Below are positions 25,991-37,805 of a DNA stretch of 64,000 nt, piece by piece. This stretch comes from Octopus sinensis (taxonomy: Eukaryota). Location: positions 74,028,001 through 74,092,000 of the forward strand of contig NC_043002.1 in assembly GCF_006345805.1 (NCBI RefSeq). Reading direction: 5' to 3'. The notes below the pieces were generated by a model, which saw only the letters and a list, made by a program, of their open reading frames with translations, had not been told where the DNA came from and ran no database searches. The translations under genes and the position numbers were made by a program. Numbering within the stretch: the stretch's first letter is position 1; the number at the start of each line of letters is the position of its first letter.

Positions 25991-26852
25991 TATGCATGCA
26001 TGCATATATACTTACATGCATACATACATACATATGTGTGTGTGTGTGTGCGTGTGTATACATATAAATATATGATGAAATCTTGGTCTACAAATTTAAT
26101 TCATTACTGAAGGCTGCTCATCATCTGAAATGTTTGGAAACTGAAACTATTTATCCCATAGTAAATTCAAGAAAAAGCACAGCAAAGTGAAGCAGAGATG
26201 AGCCCTAAGCAAAAGTTAGATGGCAACTGATGTTCTCCTGCTGATACTCCCTGCTTGTTGCCAATCATTGTTTCTGGCTTGTGTTTTTGATACTCAAGAA
26301 ACCATTCATCACCTGAGACGTTCTATGTTAAAAAAATTGTTCATGATGAGAGAAGTTTGTTACCCGAGGTTTCACTGTATATATATATATATATATAATA
26401 TATATATATATATACATACATATATATGCTGGGGCTTTGTAAACACACCCATGCCAGTGGCATGTAATACTCTGTAAAGTGGTTGGTGTTAGGAATGGTA
26501 TCCAGCCATAGAAACCATGCCACAACAGACAATTGAAGTTTGGCCAGCTTCTGCCAAACTATCCAACTCACGCGCCAACATGGAAAATGGACATTAAACA
26601 ATAATGATGATGATGAGGATGAGGATGAGGATGGGGATGATATATATATATAAATGTGACCTCATGTGTACCATTGGCGATTTTTTTTCCTTTGTCTTCC
26701 CTTCTCTGGATCTTTCCTTCTCCTATGTTTCCGACGAAGAGCTCCGCTCGAAACGTTTAACCCTCCTTCTTCCCTTCCTTCCTGAGCGTCCAATAATACT
26801 ATAATTGTTCCACGTCTTCGCGTTGTGTTTTTTTGTGTTTTCTTGTTTGGAT

Positions 26853-26896
<44 letters not shown>

Positions 26897-26906
26897 TATA
26901 TATATT

Positions 26907-27242
26907 GTGAAGGCACATGACTCAGTGGCTAGTGTGTTAGGCTCACAATCACGAGGTAGTAAATTCAATTCCTGAACCAGGCTGTGTATTGTGTTCTTGA
27001 GCAAGACACTTTATTTTCACATTGCTCCAGTTTGCTCAGCTGTAGACATGTGTTATGACATCACTTGTGCCAAGCTTTATCAGCCTTTTCCTTTCCCTTG
27101 GATAGCATCGGTGGCGTGGAGATGGGAGGGTGTTATGCATGGGTGACTACTGGTCTTCCTTTCCCAGACTTATGCCTCAGAGGGTAACTTTCTAGGTGCA
27201 ATCTGATGGCCATTCATGACTGAGGGGGTGGATGAGGGTCTT

Positions 27243-27243
<1 letters not shown>
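26907..27243 (+). mobile_element. tRNA-derived SINE (family E)
   Basis: tRNA-like head ggcacatgactcagtggctag...ttcaattcctg plus the conserved tgtgttcttgagcaagacactttatttt block shared with 31775-32023. Confidence 0.7.
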
Positions 27244-27286
<43 letters not shown>

Positions 27287-27384
27287 AATGAGGGTGAATA
27301 AAATTATAGATATTAATTCAATAATATCCTTATTTTAACACCGAGCGACCTAGCACAATAAACCGGGGATACAAATTCATATTT

Positions 27385-27566
27385 ATCCGTAAATATAAGA
27401 GAGCCAACTTTAAATATGTTAACTCTAGTGCTAGAAATAGGTCCACCGGTATAGTCGCCAATGATGTAGTGCTATTTCTATGTGGAATTATCGTTGGCGA
27501 CTATACCGGTGGACCTATTTCTAGCACTAGAGTTAACATATTTAAAGTTGGCTCTCTTATATTTAA

Positions 27567-27570
<4 letters not shown>
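27385..27570. repeat. Near-perfect palindrome, 81-bp arms, 24-nt loop
   Basis: 27385-27465 vs 27490-27570 reverse complement; two mismatches counted. Confidence 0.95.
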
Positions 27571-27611
<41 letters not shown>

Positions 27612-28257
27612 ATATATGACAGACTACTTTCAGTTTCCAGGGCTATAGCAGAAGATACTTGCCCAAGATACCATATAATGTGACTGAACCCAAGACCATG
27701 TAATTGGAGAGCAAACTTCTTACCAAGCGGCTATGCCTGGGCCAAATACATGGCTATGGCATGCCCCATGTATTAATATTAAAAACAATATTAATTTCTT
27801 TATTTTCTTCTTCCTTTCTTTCCATCACATCCATGTATATCCATACACTGAGTTGACTGTCTGTCCTTTACCGGTACCACTTTACTCCTCACTTCTTTTC
27901 CAAATCATAACTTAACCTCACTGTAAATGTTTTTCTATACAAATCTTTAGCTTGGTACCACCCACAACCACCCTTTCTCTAATCCCAAATATTTATTTTG
28001 AAGGCTGCAAATTTTAGAGGAGAATATCAGCAAATACATCAGTTCCAATCAGTACCCAACTGGTTCTTTATTTATCAACCCAGAAAAACGAAAAGAACAG
28101 CTGACCTTAGAAGCTTTTGAACTCAGAAGATAAAGGACAATCTCTAACTAATAACCACAAACACATTTGAGTTTCAAATGTCATTGTCTTTCTGAAAATA
28201 CATTTGACTGATAAATATTCTTTATCTGTCTATCTCTTTCTCTCTCCTTCCCTCCCT

Positions 28258-28308
<51 letters not shown>

Positions 28309-28866
28309 AAGTAAGGTCTGTCTGTCTCTGTCTCTCTGTGTCTCACTTTCTTTCTCTCCCTCCCCTCTTCCCCCATCTGTCCCTCTCTCTCTCTCTCTCT
28401 CTCTCTCCCTCTCTCCCATTTTTCAATTGCATACACTCACACATATGCACTAATGATCTTCTGGTCACTGCTAACAAAGACTTAAAATCTCTTTAAAATC
28501 ACACCCTTAGTGTCTAAAAAAAAAGCACATCAAATATTAGAGTCCAAGATATACAATGACTGGAAAAAGATAGGATGGTTATGGTTGGAATATCTTTGGT
28601 CATAGTAGATTTGCTTGATCAGAACATAGGACTAACAACAACTATAAGATCAAGAACAAATGATTATTATGAAAGAGAAGACAAAGGATAAAATGTATAG
28701 ATTGGGATGCCTGCTGTAATTCATATTCTGGACAATGACTTGCATTTTAAACTTGATACATTCCAGTAGAGTCAAATGGCTAAACACTTGTATTTTGTTC
28801 ATAGGAGAGCTTTTCCTTTAGGATGAACATATGTTTATATCACACTCAATTCATTAGCACAGGTGA

Positions 28867-28914
28867 TTCTGGGACAGCTAATGTTTCAACAACATTGTGT
28901 CTCATCAGCCAGAA
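28867..28914 (-). ncRNA. Type I hammerhead ribozyme motif (intact core)
   Basis: Minus strand reads UUCUGG CUGAUGA GAC-ACAAUGUU-GUU GAAA C-AUUAGCU-GUC CCAGAA: 6-bp stem I, full CUGAUGA/GAAA core, GUC cleavage triplet. Confidence 0.75.
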
Positions 28915-29071
28915 ACACACATGAGTCAATGAATCTAACAAGAGAATCAGCTCTTGTTTATGATTTCAGTTTCAAATTTTGGCACAAGGCCAGCAGTTTT
29001 TGAGGGGAGGGGAAATTGATTACATTGATCCCAGCACTTGACTAGTATTTATTGTATTGACCCCAAAAAGA

Positions 29072-29119
29072 TTCTGAGACAGCCAATGTTTTGACATCAT
29101 AGTGTTTCATCAGCCAGAA
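29072..29119 (-). ncRNA. Degenerate paralogue of the 28867 hammerhead
   Basis: UUCUGG CUGAUGA AAC-ACUAUGAU-GUC AAAA CAUUGGCU GUC UCAGAA; GAAA has changed to AAAA. Confidence 0.6.
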
Positions 29120-29818
29120 GCACCCTTGAGCAAACAAATCTAGCAAGAGGATGCTCTTGTTTGTAATTTCAGTGAGATAATAGTTTCAAATTTTGGCATA
29201 GGTCCAGCAGATTTTTTTTTTTCTTTTGTGGTTGGGGTAGTTGATTACATCAACCCCGGTATATTTGATTGGTACTTATTTTATTGACGCCAAAAGGATG
29301 AAAAGCCAAGTCAGCCATGACAAAATTTGAACTCAGAATGTAAAGATGAATGCAACATCTCTAAACTTTTTGTCCAACATGCTAACAGTTCCGCCGGATT
29401 GCTGCCTTACTTTAATGGAATGATAATTGCAAAAACAGCGTAAGTACAAAAAGTAAAAGTGTATTTTGGATTAAATTGAGGGAAAGATTTGATACAAATT
29501 TGTTTAAGTTGACCCTTGGTATAATTATTAGGTCCTGCTTATATGCATGACTGCTTTAATTTCTTTTCTACAGGAGTATCAACAAATCACAAACTAATAA
29601 CTATTGTTGATTAGTAAGCAAGTTGATTTAACTAGTAATTGTTATACATTAGTGATAGCAATTTTATAAAATTACCGTCAGTTAACATGACTCGTAACTC
29701 TTTAATTAATGCTCACAGTTAATACAGATTTTTATACCTCCTTGAAAAATTATCAGTTGATATTTTTTTAAATGTTAAAAGCAGAAGGAAATTGCAAGGT
29801 GTTTTTATTATATAGTCA

Positions 29819-29970
29819 CAGGCATGGCTGTGTGGGTAAGAAGCTTGCTTCCCAACCATGTGGTTTTGGTTTCAGTCCCACAGTGTATCGCCTTGGGCAA
29901 GTGTCTCCTATTGTAGTCTCAGGCCAACCAAAGCCTTGTGGGTGAACTTGACGAATGGAAATGCATGACG

Positions 29971-30001
<31 letters not shown>

Positions 30002-30243
30002 GTGTGCTTGTGGATATAACTATGTGAATGCCGTTGTGCCTGTGTTGTGTTTGTCCCTCACCACTGCTTGAGAGCCAGTGTTGGTTGGTTTATGTTCCCA
30101 TAACTTAGCAGTTCAGCAAAAGATACCAATAGTACTTGTTAAAAAAATAATTACTAGGGTCAATATGTTCCACTAAACCCTTCAAGCTGGTGCACCAGCA
30201 TAGACACAACCTAGTGTCTGAAACAAGTAAAAGATAAAGATAC
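29819..30243 (+). mobile_element. SINE family A copy
   Basis: Homologous to 57780-58196 with an internal (CA)/(TG) tract. Confidence 0.8.
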
Positions 30244-30279
30244 TAACACATGTCATCTCTCTACATTCTTTCTTTCTTT

Positions 30280-30482
30280 CTTTTATTTGTTTCAGTCATT
30301 TGACTGTGGTCATGCTGGAGCACCACCTTTAGTCAAGCAAATCGACCTCAGGACTTATTCTTTGTAAGCCTAGTACTTATTCTATCGGTCTCTCTTGCCA
30401 AACTGCTAAGTGACAGGGATGTAAACACACCAGTATTGGTTGTCAAGCTATGTTGGGGGGGACAAACATATACATACACACA

Positions 30483-30530
<48 letters not shown>

Positions 30531-30688
30531 CTTCTTTCAGTTTTCCGTCTACCAAATCCACTCACAAGGCTTTGGTTGGCCCAAGGCTATAGTAGAAGAC
30601 ACTTGCCCAAGGTGCCATGCAGTGGGACTGAACCTGGAACCATGTGGTTGGTAAGCAAGCTTCTTACCATACAGCCACTCCTGCACCT
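30280..30688 (-). mobile_element. SINE family A copy, tail-to-tail with 29819-30243
   Basis: Same orientation and sequence as 4953-5362. Confidence 0.88.
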
Positions 30689-31277
30689 TTGATTTAACAA
30701 GTAATTGTTATACGTTAGTGATAGTGATTTTGTAAAATTATCTTCAGATGTAATACAATGCTATTTAGCCTCAGGTGAGCATTGATTGAGCAGGCCTTTC
30801 ATCAAAGATATTCCAGATGGTGACTATCCCATCTTTTTATTTTGTTTTTATTTACTATATATCTAGGATTCTATTAATCAATGTGTCCATCAGATTTTAG
30901 GATAGTAGAATGGAATTTGAGGGAGATTTTGTTACTTATAGTAAATTGAACAAGTACATATAAGTTCACATAGACTAGTAAAATAAGCACTAAAGTTAAT
31001 TCAAATAGCTACTTAACTTCAACTATTAGAGTTAAAGTAAAACCAAGAAACAGTCCACCTCAGGTAGCATATTTGGGGGCAGAATGAGATGATTTGGCAC
31101 AAATGATCAGACAGTCAGCCTGTTTTGGCTGTCATCATGTACTGTACACTTTTGCAGCACATTTATGACACTACAACAAAAGTCTTCTTGATTAAACACA
31201 AAATCTCTCATCGGGTGAAGCCACAGTGCTACTTTGTTCTGACTTTCTCATATTGTTTTATTGGTAGAGATATTGGG

Positions 31278-31505
31278 TTGGTGAGCTGGCAGAAACGTTA
31301 GCATGCCGGGCAAAATGCTTAGCGATAATTTAACTGCTGTTACGTTCTGAGTTCAAATTCTGCCAAGGTCGACTTTGCCTTTCATCCTTTTGGTGTTGAT
31401 AAGTTAAGTACCAGTTACACACTGGGATCGATGTAATCGACTTAATCCCTTTGTCTGTCCTTGTTTGTCCCCTCTGTGTTTAGCCTCTTGTTGGTAATAA
31501 ATAAA
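31278..31505 (+). mobile_element. SINE family B, well-preserved copy
   Basis: ggtgagctggcagaaacgttagcatgccgggcaaaatgcttagcg...gttctgagttcaaattctgcc (B-box-like)...aagtaccagttacacactggg. Confidence 0.85.
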
Positions 31506-31774
31506 TAAAAGATATTGGGTTGGTTTGCCATTGCCTTCCCCAACTGGATGGCTGTTGGCTCACAAGGAGCTCATCAGTTCATCAACAGGTCTGTTTTTAA
31601 TACTGCTGGGTGTCCAGACAACCTGCTCACAAGTGGAGGTTATCAATCAAAAAAGAAGCATCTTTTTGAATTCAAGCTCAGAAGAATTAACGAAAAATTT
31701 TTAAATATTGCATGTGGAAGCTTCATATTTTAAATTCCTCAGAGCACTATTTTTCCTTCCCATATGAATTTCAT

Positions 31775-32023
31775 GTGGAGGCGTGTGGCTTAGTGGTTAG
31801 GGTGTCAGCACCATGATCGTAAGATTGTGGTTTCAATTCCTGGATGGGGCGACGCGTTGTGTTCTTGAGCAAAACACTTCATTTCATGTTGCTCCAGTCC
31901 ACTCAGCTGGCAAAAATTAAGTAACGCTGTAATGGACTGGCGTCCCATCCAGCTTTGGAACACATGCCATAGAAACCAGGAAACTGGGCCCATGAGCCTG
32001 GCTAGGATTTAAAGAGGGCGCAT
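31775..32023 (+). mobile_element. tRNA-derived SINE
   Basis: Head ggaggcgtgtggcttagtggttaggg...ggtttcaattcc; tail homologous to 61706-61810. Confidence 0.75.
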
Positions 32024-33225
32024 TTATTTTTATTATGCATGGATTTCATTGCAACTTTTGCTGTAATGAGAACTGATTTCAAATTTGGCATAAGGCTAGC
32101 AATTTTGGGAAGTGGATAAATCAATTATATCGACCCCCCAGTGTACAACTGGTACTTATTTTATCAACCCTGAAAGAAAGAAAGACAAAGGTGACCTCAG
32201 GAGAATTTGAATGTAAAGATATGCATTTTACCCTGCATGCTAACAGTTCTGCCAGCTCACTGCTTTACTTTGCTGTATTTAGAAGAATTAAGGACAACAA
32301 ATAAAATAACTGTCAGTGACATTACAAAAATGTCTTGTATTATATGTCATTCCTCGTGAACACACACACGCACACACACACGCACACTCACTCACTCAAA
32401 CTCACTCACACACGCACACACACACGCAATACATATTTTTTTATAAATCACATGCAGCACCTCAATTATTATCATACAGTACACAGAACATATAATAAAC
32501 AAAACAACAACAAAAAAGGAAAAAATGCCAAATATCTTGAGCACTCCTAAGTAAAACATTTAAAGTAAGAAGAGTACAAAAACTAGTCTGAATACAGATT
32601 TATCTGAAACCACAATTTACAATAAGTTACAAATAATTCCAGTACAACTCTCTCTCTCTCTATTACTCAGACTCGCATATATACCACATATCATAAAGCC
32701 ACCTACACATCAAAGAGAATCATATAAAATAGAAAGACCGTTTTAAAATATGTCAGTTCATGCGTACAATCTGCTCTAACCCACGCAGTCCCATCAGTAC
32801 AATGTTTAGCCACTGTCTTGCACTAGAACATTCAATTCAAAGTGGGAAGTCTCTATGTGGTTATTCAAGCTGTTAGAAATGGTAGCTAAAACCTCTCGCT
32901 TTTGAATTGCACACCCTAACAGCTTAAAAATGCGACACATTGCATACGCTGTTTATAAGCAGGTGTGTTTGTGCAATAAGAAGTTTGTTTCCTAACCACA
33001 TGGTTCCAGGTTCAGTCCCACTGCGTGGTGTGTTGGGCCATTGTCTTCAACTATAATTCCAGTCCACTGAAGCTTTGTGAATGGTTTTGGTTGAGGAGAA
33101 ATAGAAAGAAGCCTATTCCATATGTGTGTGTGTTTACGTTTGTGTTTGTCTTCCACCACTGCATGGCAACTGGTGTTGGTTTGTTTACATCCTCATAACT
33201 TAGCAGTTTGACAAAAAGAGCCTGG

Positions 33226-33988
33226 GGATCTTTACCTTTTGACCTAAAGATTTAAAAAATAATTTTTTGTAACTAAACAATTTCAAACTTCAGACACTGG
33301 TAGAATGTGTCATATAAAACATCTTTTACTCTTAGCATTTTTGAGAAAAACTTATATTTACAAAGTTATTTCATGTTAAAGTTCTTGTATTTTGGTAATT
33401 TCAACCAATCAATGATGTTTATTCAGCTGAATAAAATTACTGCCATTGTTTGTCAACAACAGCTATCGGCGGTGTATATTTCGTTTGTCACTGTTATTTA
33501 TGACATTGTTTGTGTATTTGTACTGGTTTTAGCTTTAAGGTTTTAGGGTTAGATGGTTAGGGTTTTAGGGTTAGGGTTTTAGGGTTAGGGTTAGGGTTTT
33601 AGGGTTAGGGTTAGGGTTTTAGGGTTAGGGTTAGGGTTATGGTTTTAGGGTTAGGGTTAGGGTTAAGGTTTTTGGGTTAGGGTTAGGGTTAAGGTTTTTG
33701 GGTTAGGGTTGTCATAAATATCAGTGACAAATGAAATATACACTGCCGGAAGTTCTTGTTGACAAACAACGGCAATAATTTTATTCAGCTGAATACACGT
33801 CATTGATTGGTTGAAATTACTGAAATACAAGAACTTTAACATGAAATAACTTCGTAAATATAAGTTTTCTCAAAAATGCCAAGAGTAAAAGATGTTTTAT
33901 ATGACACATTCTACCAGTGTCCGAAGTTTGAAAGAGTTTAGTTACAGAAAATTATTATTTAAATCTGTAGGTCAAATGGTAAAGATCC
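33226..33988. mobile_element. Fold-back (MITE-like) element with ~280-bp inverted arms enclosing a telomeric-repeat array
   Basis: Arms 33226-33505 and 33710-33988 are reverse complements (about 90% by eye); SINE A sequence lies on both sides. Confidence 0.85.
33541..33710 (+). repeat. Interstitial (TTAGGG)n-like array with TTTTAGGG, TTAAGG and TTTTTGGG variants
   Basis: Directly visible. Confidence 0.95.
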
Positions 33989-34301
33989 AAGATAAGTATT
34001 GGGTTTGATCCTTCAGGCTGGTACTCCAGCATGACCACAGTCCAATGACTGAAACAAATAAAAGATATAAATGAGCTAGTCATTATTAGAATACCACTTT
34101 CTCAATGGTTTAGTGTAGAAGAGGAGACTGTGCTCATAATATTCATAGAATCTCCAAGACCTGTGATACAACATGGTTAATGTTCTTTTTGAACAATTCC
34201 AAGTTGACAACTGCAGGGAGTAAAAAAAATGGACAGGAATTGAATTCTAGAGGACCGGTGTTGTGAGGAGAAGGATTTGGAAAAGTGGTTAGTGTGGCCC
34301 T

Positions 34302-34411
34302 GAGAAGAAGAAGAAGAAGAAGAAGAAGAAGAAGAAGAAGAAGAAGAAGAAGAAGAAGAAGGAGGAGGAGGAGGAGGAGGAGGAGGAGGAGGAGAGGAGG
34401 AGGAAGAGGAA
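34302..34411. repeat. (GAA)n(GGA)n pure-purine tract
   Basis: Directly visible, about 110 bp. Confidence 0.95.
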
Positions 34412-34780
34412 TGAGTTTGTAGGACGCAAGTGGAGTGGTAACAGGCCAGCCAATTCCAAGGAGCAGAGGCTACTGTAGAAGTGGTAGAGAAGCAGAGCAA
34501 GGAAGCAACATGTTTGTGAGACAGAGATTGCAGTGTGCTGGTAGGCAACAATCAGCTGGATGGTCTTTATCTTGATGCAATCTGGAGCTAGTGAGCTTTG
34601 TAAAAGGTTAATAGTTGTTGAAGAATACAGAATTTTCTGATTTGGAAGAGAAAGAACAGTCTTTGTGATGCATGGTTTGCTAGGTGTATCTATTTTGAAG
34701 CTGGTAATTTGACATGGCTGACTGGACATTGAACCTGTTTTGGTGCTGGTTTTTTCAGTGGCAGCACATTTTGACACTGA
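34412..34780 (-). mobile_element. CR1/L2-like LINE post-RT fragment (decayed)
   Basis: Two frames give KTIQLI...TSTLQSLSHKHVASL...YHFYSSLCSLELAGLLP, matching the A.RLI...LQ.L.HRR.VASL.LFYRYY.G.CS.EL motif. Confidence 0.55.
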
Positions 34781-35200
34781 AGGCAACCCCACCATACACA
34801 CACACATATACATACACAGAAAGAGAGAGAGAGAGAGTATGAAAGAGAAAGAGCATTACAATTTATTAATTGTTTATGCAAATACTTTTCCTTTCCTCAT
34901 ATACATAAAGATAAATGTGCTTACATGCATAAACAGATACAGAGGGAAAGAGAACAAGAAAAATATTAAACGATCCTGACTGCTATAAACACACCCACAC
35001 TTCACATCAATACCATGATATTTTTATTTTGGTTAATTTAGTCACTTGATGCTCTGAGTTTCACCTGCAGATGCACATGATCTTCAGGCTAGTTGTGACA
35101 ACTTGTAATAACTAACCAGAAGGCCCTGCACACCTACAGGTGAAACTCAGAATAGCAAGAGACTGACTCATCAAAATAAAATATTACACACGCATGCACA

Positions 35201-35244
<44 letters not shown>

Positions 35245-35378
35245 ATAGGCTTATTCCAGTTTCTGTCTACACTCACAAGGCTTTGGCTGTCCCTTTGCCA
35301 TGAGGAAGGACAGGACCTGAAACCATGTTGTTGGGAAGCAAAACTTAGTACCCACACAACCATACCTATTCTTATATA

Positions 35379-36200
35379 TACAGGGTTTGGTGAATAAGCT
35401 GTCGTCTAAATTATGCAAAAATGAAAATAACCCTGACATCTCATTTTAACAGTTATACTTACCAAAATTACATTAAAATGTTTTGAAATACTAGAGAGTA
35501 AATTTATTCTATAAAATTATCATTGGCTTCAACAACAGCCTCCAGACAACTTTAGAATCTCCTGCAACTCTTCTGGACAGTCTCCTTGTTTAAGTTGGTG
35601 AATGCTGCCATAATCCTTGTCTTCAGTTCATCTTTGGTGTTAGAAGGAATTTTGTTGGTCTCTCGCTCAACTGCACCTTGCACATAATAATCAAGTGGGT
35701 TGCAGTCTGGGGAGTTAGGTGGCCAGATGTTAGGGATGATGTGGTTGCAGAAATTATCTGACTGGGTTCTCCTGCTTATGTGGCATGATGCAAAGTCCTG
35801 TTGCCAGATATAGGGTCTTCCAGCAGCCACCCTCTTGACCTACGGCAGCACTACCTCCTCCAGGCATTTGATGTAGGCCTCCGTGTTGAGTCTAAAGCCG
35901 TGTGGGAAGATAGATGGAGGCATAACATTACCATCACTAGTGATCACTCCAAACACCATAATGTTGACTGGATGTTTGATTTTTATCACTCTCAGTACAT
36001 GTTCTCAGACTGACACCCAAACACTCTAAAATGTTTGTATTGGAGCTTCCAGTGAGAATGCCAAGCAGTACAGCATATCATTTCCAAACTTCTGACAGAG
36101 TGAATTGCATCATGGTACTGTTTTTCTCACAGATGGTGTCCAACTGACCCTACTATACTGTGTAGTCAACAAAATCGAAAAGCAATGGGTATGCACAGAT
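35379..36200 (-). mobile_element. maT/DD37D-like transposon deletion derivative
   Basis: PVNIMVFGVITSDG...GRPYIWQQD...WPPNSPDCNPLDYYV; TIR tacagggtttggtgaataagctgtcgtctaaattatg at the left with TA. Confidence 0.85.
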
Positions 36201-36214
36201 TTTATGTATGTCAT

Positions 36215-36845
36215 CAGCATCATTATCCTCATTTAGCATCCGTTTTCCATGCTAGCCTGGGTTGGACGATTTGACTGAGGTCTGGCGAACCAGATGGCTG
36301 TACCAGGCTCCAATCTGATCAGGCAGAGTTTCTACAGCTGCATACTCTTCCTAACACCAACCACTCTGAGAGTGTAGTGGGTGCTTTTACGTGCCACTGG
36401 CATGAGGGCCGGTCAGGCGGTACTGGCAACGGCCACACTCAAATGGTGCTTTTTATGTGCCACCTGCACAGGAGCCAGTCCAGCGGCACTGACAACAACC
36501 CCACTCAAATGTTTTATTCCTGTGCCACCAGCACAAGTGCCAGTAAGGCGATGCAGATAACGATCACGCTCAAATGGTGCTTTTTATGTGTCACCAGCAT
36601 GGAAGCCAATTTGTTGCTCTGGCAATGATCACGTTCACATGGTACACTTAGAGCTCCACTAGCACGGATGCCAGTCATCGAATTTGATTTCAATTTCACT
36701 TGCCTCAACAGATCTTTGCAAGCAGAGTTTAGTGTCCAATGAAGGAAAGGTACACATAAGTGGGCTGGTTACACCTCTGGCATAGGCCACAAGGTTATGG
36801 TCTCACTTGGCTTGCCGAGTCTTCTCATGCATAGCATATTTCCAA
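36215..36845 (-). mobile_element. RTE LINE 3'-UTR copy
   Basis: Co-linear with 39904-40525. Confidence 0.85.
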
Positions 36846-36892
36846 AAGTCCAAGTCAATATTATGTGTGTATATATATATATACACACACAC

Positions 36893-36973
<81 letters not shown>

Positions 36974-37219
36974 CAGATAAATCTTATTCACATCTTGCAT
37001 TCAAAAATATTAATTTTGATTAGACAAAGTTGGAAAACACCCATTATACAGCTCAGCATTCTTTGAATTGCAATACCAAGCTAATAGGGCAAGAATGTGG
37101 AACCATTTTTGGTATCAAGGCCAAAAAGCAAATATATAAGAATTTGCAGAGGAAAGTGCACCTCTGTACTGAAAAAAAAACAAAATTAATCTTTACCTTA
37201 ACATATTCATAGACAGATA

Positions 37220-37805
37220 TACACAGACATGCAAGAAGTAAATAGACACCTTTAAGTTTCAAAATTTCTGATCTAAGCGTCTTAATATGTTTTCAGCAGT
37301 GTAGAATTTACAATGTAATTATTCTTTTTCATTCCAGGTGTCATTATATTAAACATTTACAAAGGGTAACCATGCAACACACAAAAAATTCAGCAGAACA
37401 GTCAGATTTTCAAAGAGGTCGTATTGTTGGGTAATCTGAGGCTGGTCTTAGCCAGTGAAAAATTGCCAAAAATCTTCAAATACGTCTAGCTACTGTTAAT
37501 AGAATTATAGTGCAATTCAAAAGCCAAGGAAAAGAAAGAATCAACAGATTCTCGTCCCAGCCAACCTGGGCCCTCAGAAAGGAAGCTTTGGTGTTTGAAG
37601 AGAATTGTGGAAAACGAACCCCGTTCGAAGGCTTCTGACATTGCAAAACAGCTAGAAGTTAGTCCAAGAACGTGTGTTACATATTTGCATAAGTTTTGGT
37701 ATTATGGACGAGCAGCTAGAAGAAAACCTCTCCTTCAACCAATTAATATCAAATAAAAGATTTTGAAAATTAAAGGTGTCTGTTTATTTCCTACATGTCT
37801 GTGTA
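37220..37805 (+). mobile_element. Internally deleted Tc1-like element
   Basis: TIRs tacacagacatgcaagaagtaaatagacaccttt / aaaggtgtctgtttatttcctacatgtctgtgta; decayed N-terminal HTH (SDFQRGRIVG...IAKNL...GRAARRKPLL); the DDE domain is absent. Confidence 0.85.

Noticed and set aside
31541-31580. Minus-strand CTGATGA-GCTC-CTTGT-GAGC-CAAC
   Set aside because: Stem II is perfect, but GAAA has two changes and stem I is absent; at most a heavily decayed relic.
33541-33710. True chromosome end or chromosome-fusion scar
   Set aside because: Single orientation, short, variant-rich and enclosed by inverted arms inside a SINE.
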